A stretch of DNA of 20,000 nucleotides. Origin: Massalongia carnosa. Taxonomy: Eukaryota. The DNA lies in assembly GCA_965645245.1 (NCBI GenBank), contig OZ287078.1, positions 2,097,889 to 2,117,888 of the forward strand, read 5' to 3'. The notes below the pieces were generated by a model. That model ran no database searches. It saw only the letters and a program-made list of their open reading frames with translations, and had not been told where the DNA came from. Made by a program: the position numbers and the translations under genes. Below are positions 19,150-20,000 of the stretch, piece by piece (position 1 is the stretch's first letter; each line of letters opens with the position of its first letter).

Positions 19150-19384
19150 GCGGGGATCATAAGCCCTAAGTGCCCGTTCTGTTTCGGGTCACTGACAAAT
19201 TGGTGAAAATCTGCTCTAAATCGAAATGAACCGTTATAATTCAACAGGTTATGGTGCCCTCTAGATCTGGCATCGAGCTATGAGTTGCAAATATTGCATG
19301 CTAGTCTTCCGCAATGTGCGTAAGTCTCTGATCTTGCGTGAGACCGAGCCGCCGTGTGCAGGCGACGTGAGTCTGGGTTGCGCC

Positions 19385-19410
19385 GTCAACCTTAGCTCGA
19401 GTCAGGCGTT
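19385..19410 (+). promoter_or_regulatory. Putative ECF-sigma-type promoter
   Basis: GTCAAC-N16-CGTT located 40 nt upstream of the sigma factor's first in-frame ATG. Confidence 0.45.
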
Positions 19411-19449
19411 CTGCTAGGTATGGAATAGGCCGACGTCGAGAGGACGGGT

Positions 19450-20000
19450 ATGCCACGCTTTGATACGCTCCACCACGCTTGGATGGCCTGGGATGTTCCC
19501 GCCCCAGCACCTGAGGGAGCGGTTCTGGAGCAAACGCGAGAACTCGATAAATTCTTGAGCGAAATCGAGCGCCGTGCGTTCCGCATGGCCCAGATCGCGC
19601 TCCGCGATCCCGACGACGCGATGGACGCGGTGCAGGACGCGATGCTGAAACTGGCACGCAATTATGCGATGAAGCCGAGCTCGGAATGGCGGCCGCTGTT
19701 TTACCGGATCCTCGAGAACGGTATCCGTGACATGCAGCGGCGTCGAACCGTGCGCAAAAAGTTCATGGTTTGGCTCCCCGGTTCGAAGGAAGATCCGGAC
19801 AATGAGGCCCAGGATCCGCTCGCGATGGTCGCCGATGGCGGACCGGATGCGCCTGAACTGTTGATGCAGGATCAGGCCATGCAAAAATTGGAGATATCGT
19901 TGCGTGCTCTGCCGGCACGGCAACGGGAAGCCTTCACGCTGCGTAATTTTGAGGGCTTGGACGTTGCCGAAACGGCGAATGCCATGGGCTGCTCCGAAGG
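19450..20000 (+). CDS. ECF-family RNA polymerase sigma factor, 3'-truncated by the window edge (not in the ORF track)
   Basis: Manual translation: [43 protein letters not shown]...[19 protein letters not shown] (region 2)...[34 protein letters not shown] (region 4). Candidate starts: ATG 19450 (after GAGGA), ATG 19483, CTG 19525 (after GAGGGAG). Confidence 0.93.
   Translation, partial: [183 protein letters not shown]

Noticed and set aside
19106..19300. Bacterial oriC
   Set aside because: Only two good DnaA boxes, no clear DUE repeats, and no dnaA/gidA neighbourhood.
14082..19923. Long alternative-frame ORFs (14082..15095, 15711..17054, 16751..17497, 17516..18556, 19414..19923)
   Set aside because: These are antisense shadows of SPOR, argS, priA and the sigma gene, as expected in GC-rich DNA.

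Overview
The window has two unrelated halves joined by a perfect telomere tract. Positions 1-14012 are a fungal (ascomycete-type) right chromosome end. They contain a stack of decayed LTR retrotransposons (three Ty3/gypsy remnants, one copia-type LTR stub and a near-complete 5.4-kb Ty1/copia element with both LTRs, TSD, half-tRNA PBS and PPT) around a broken telomere-linked helicase (TLH)-type gene. Removing the copia element restores one reading frame encoding Zn-finger-like N-terminus + a tyrosine-recombinase-like domain (R-K-xxxR-H-Y pattern) + the start of a RecQ-type helicase. A chromoviral gypsy element cuts this gene just after Walker A and is itself cut mid-RNase H and capped by (TTAGGG)25, which suggests de novo telomere healing. 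Positions 14013-20000 are intact GC-rich proteobacterial DNA that begins mid-gene: serine hydrolase 3' end, SPOR protein, argS, priA (with upstream DnaA boxes) and an ECF sigma factor. The telomere-to-bacterium join is most likely a contig concatenation or chimera rather than HGT. The most interesting biology is the recombinase-helicase architecture of the TLH gene and the healed chromosome end. All calls come from reading motifs by eye; no database searches were run.
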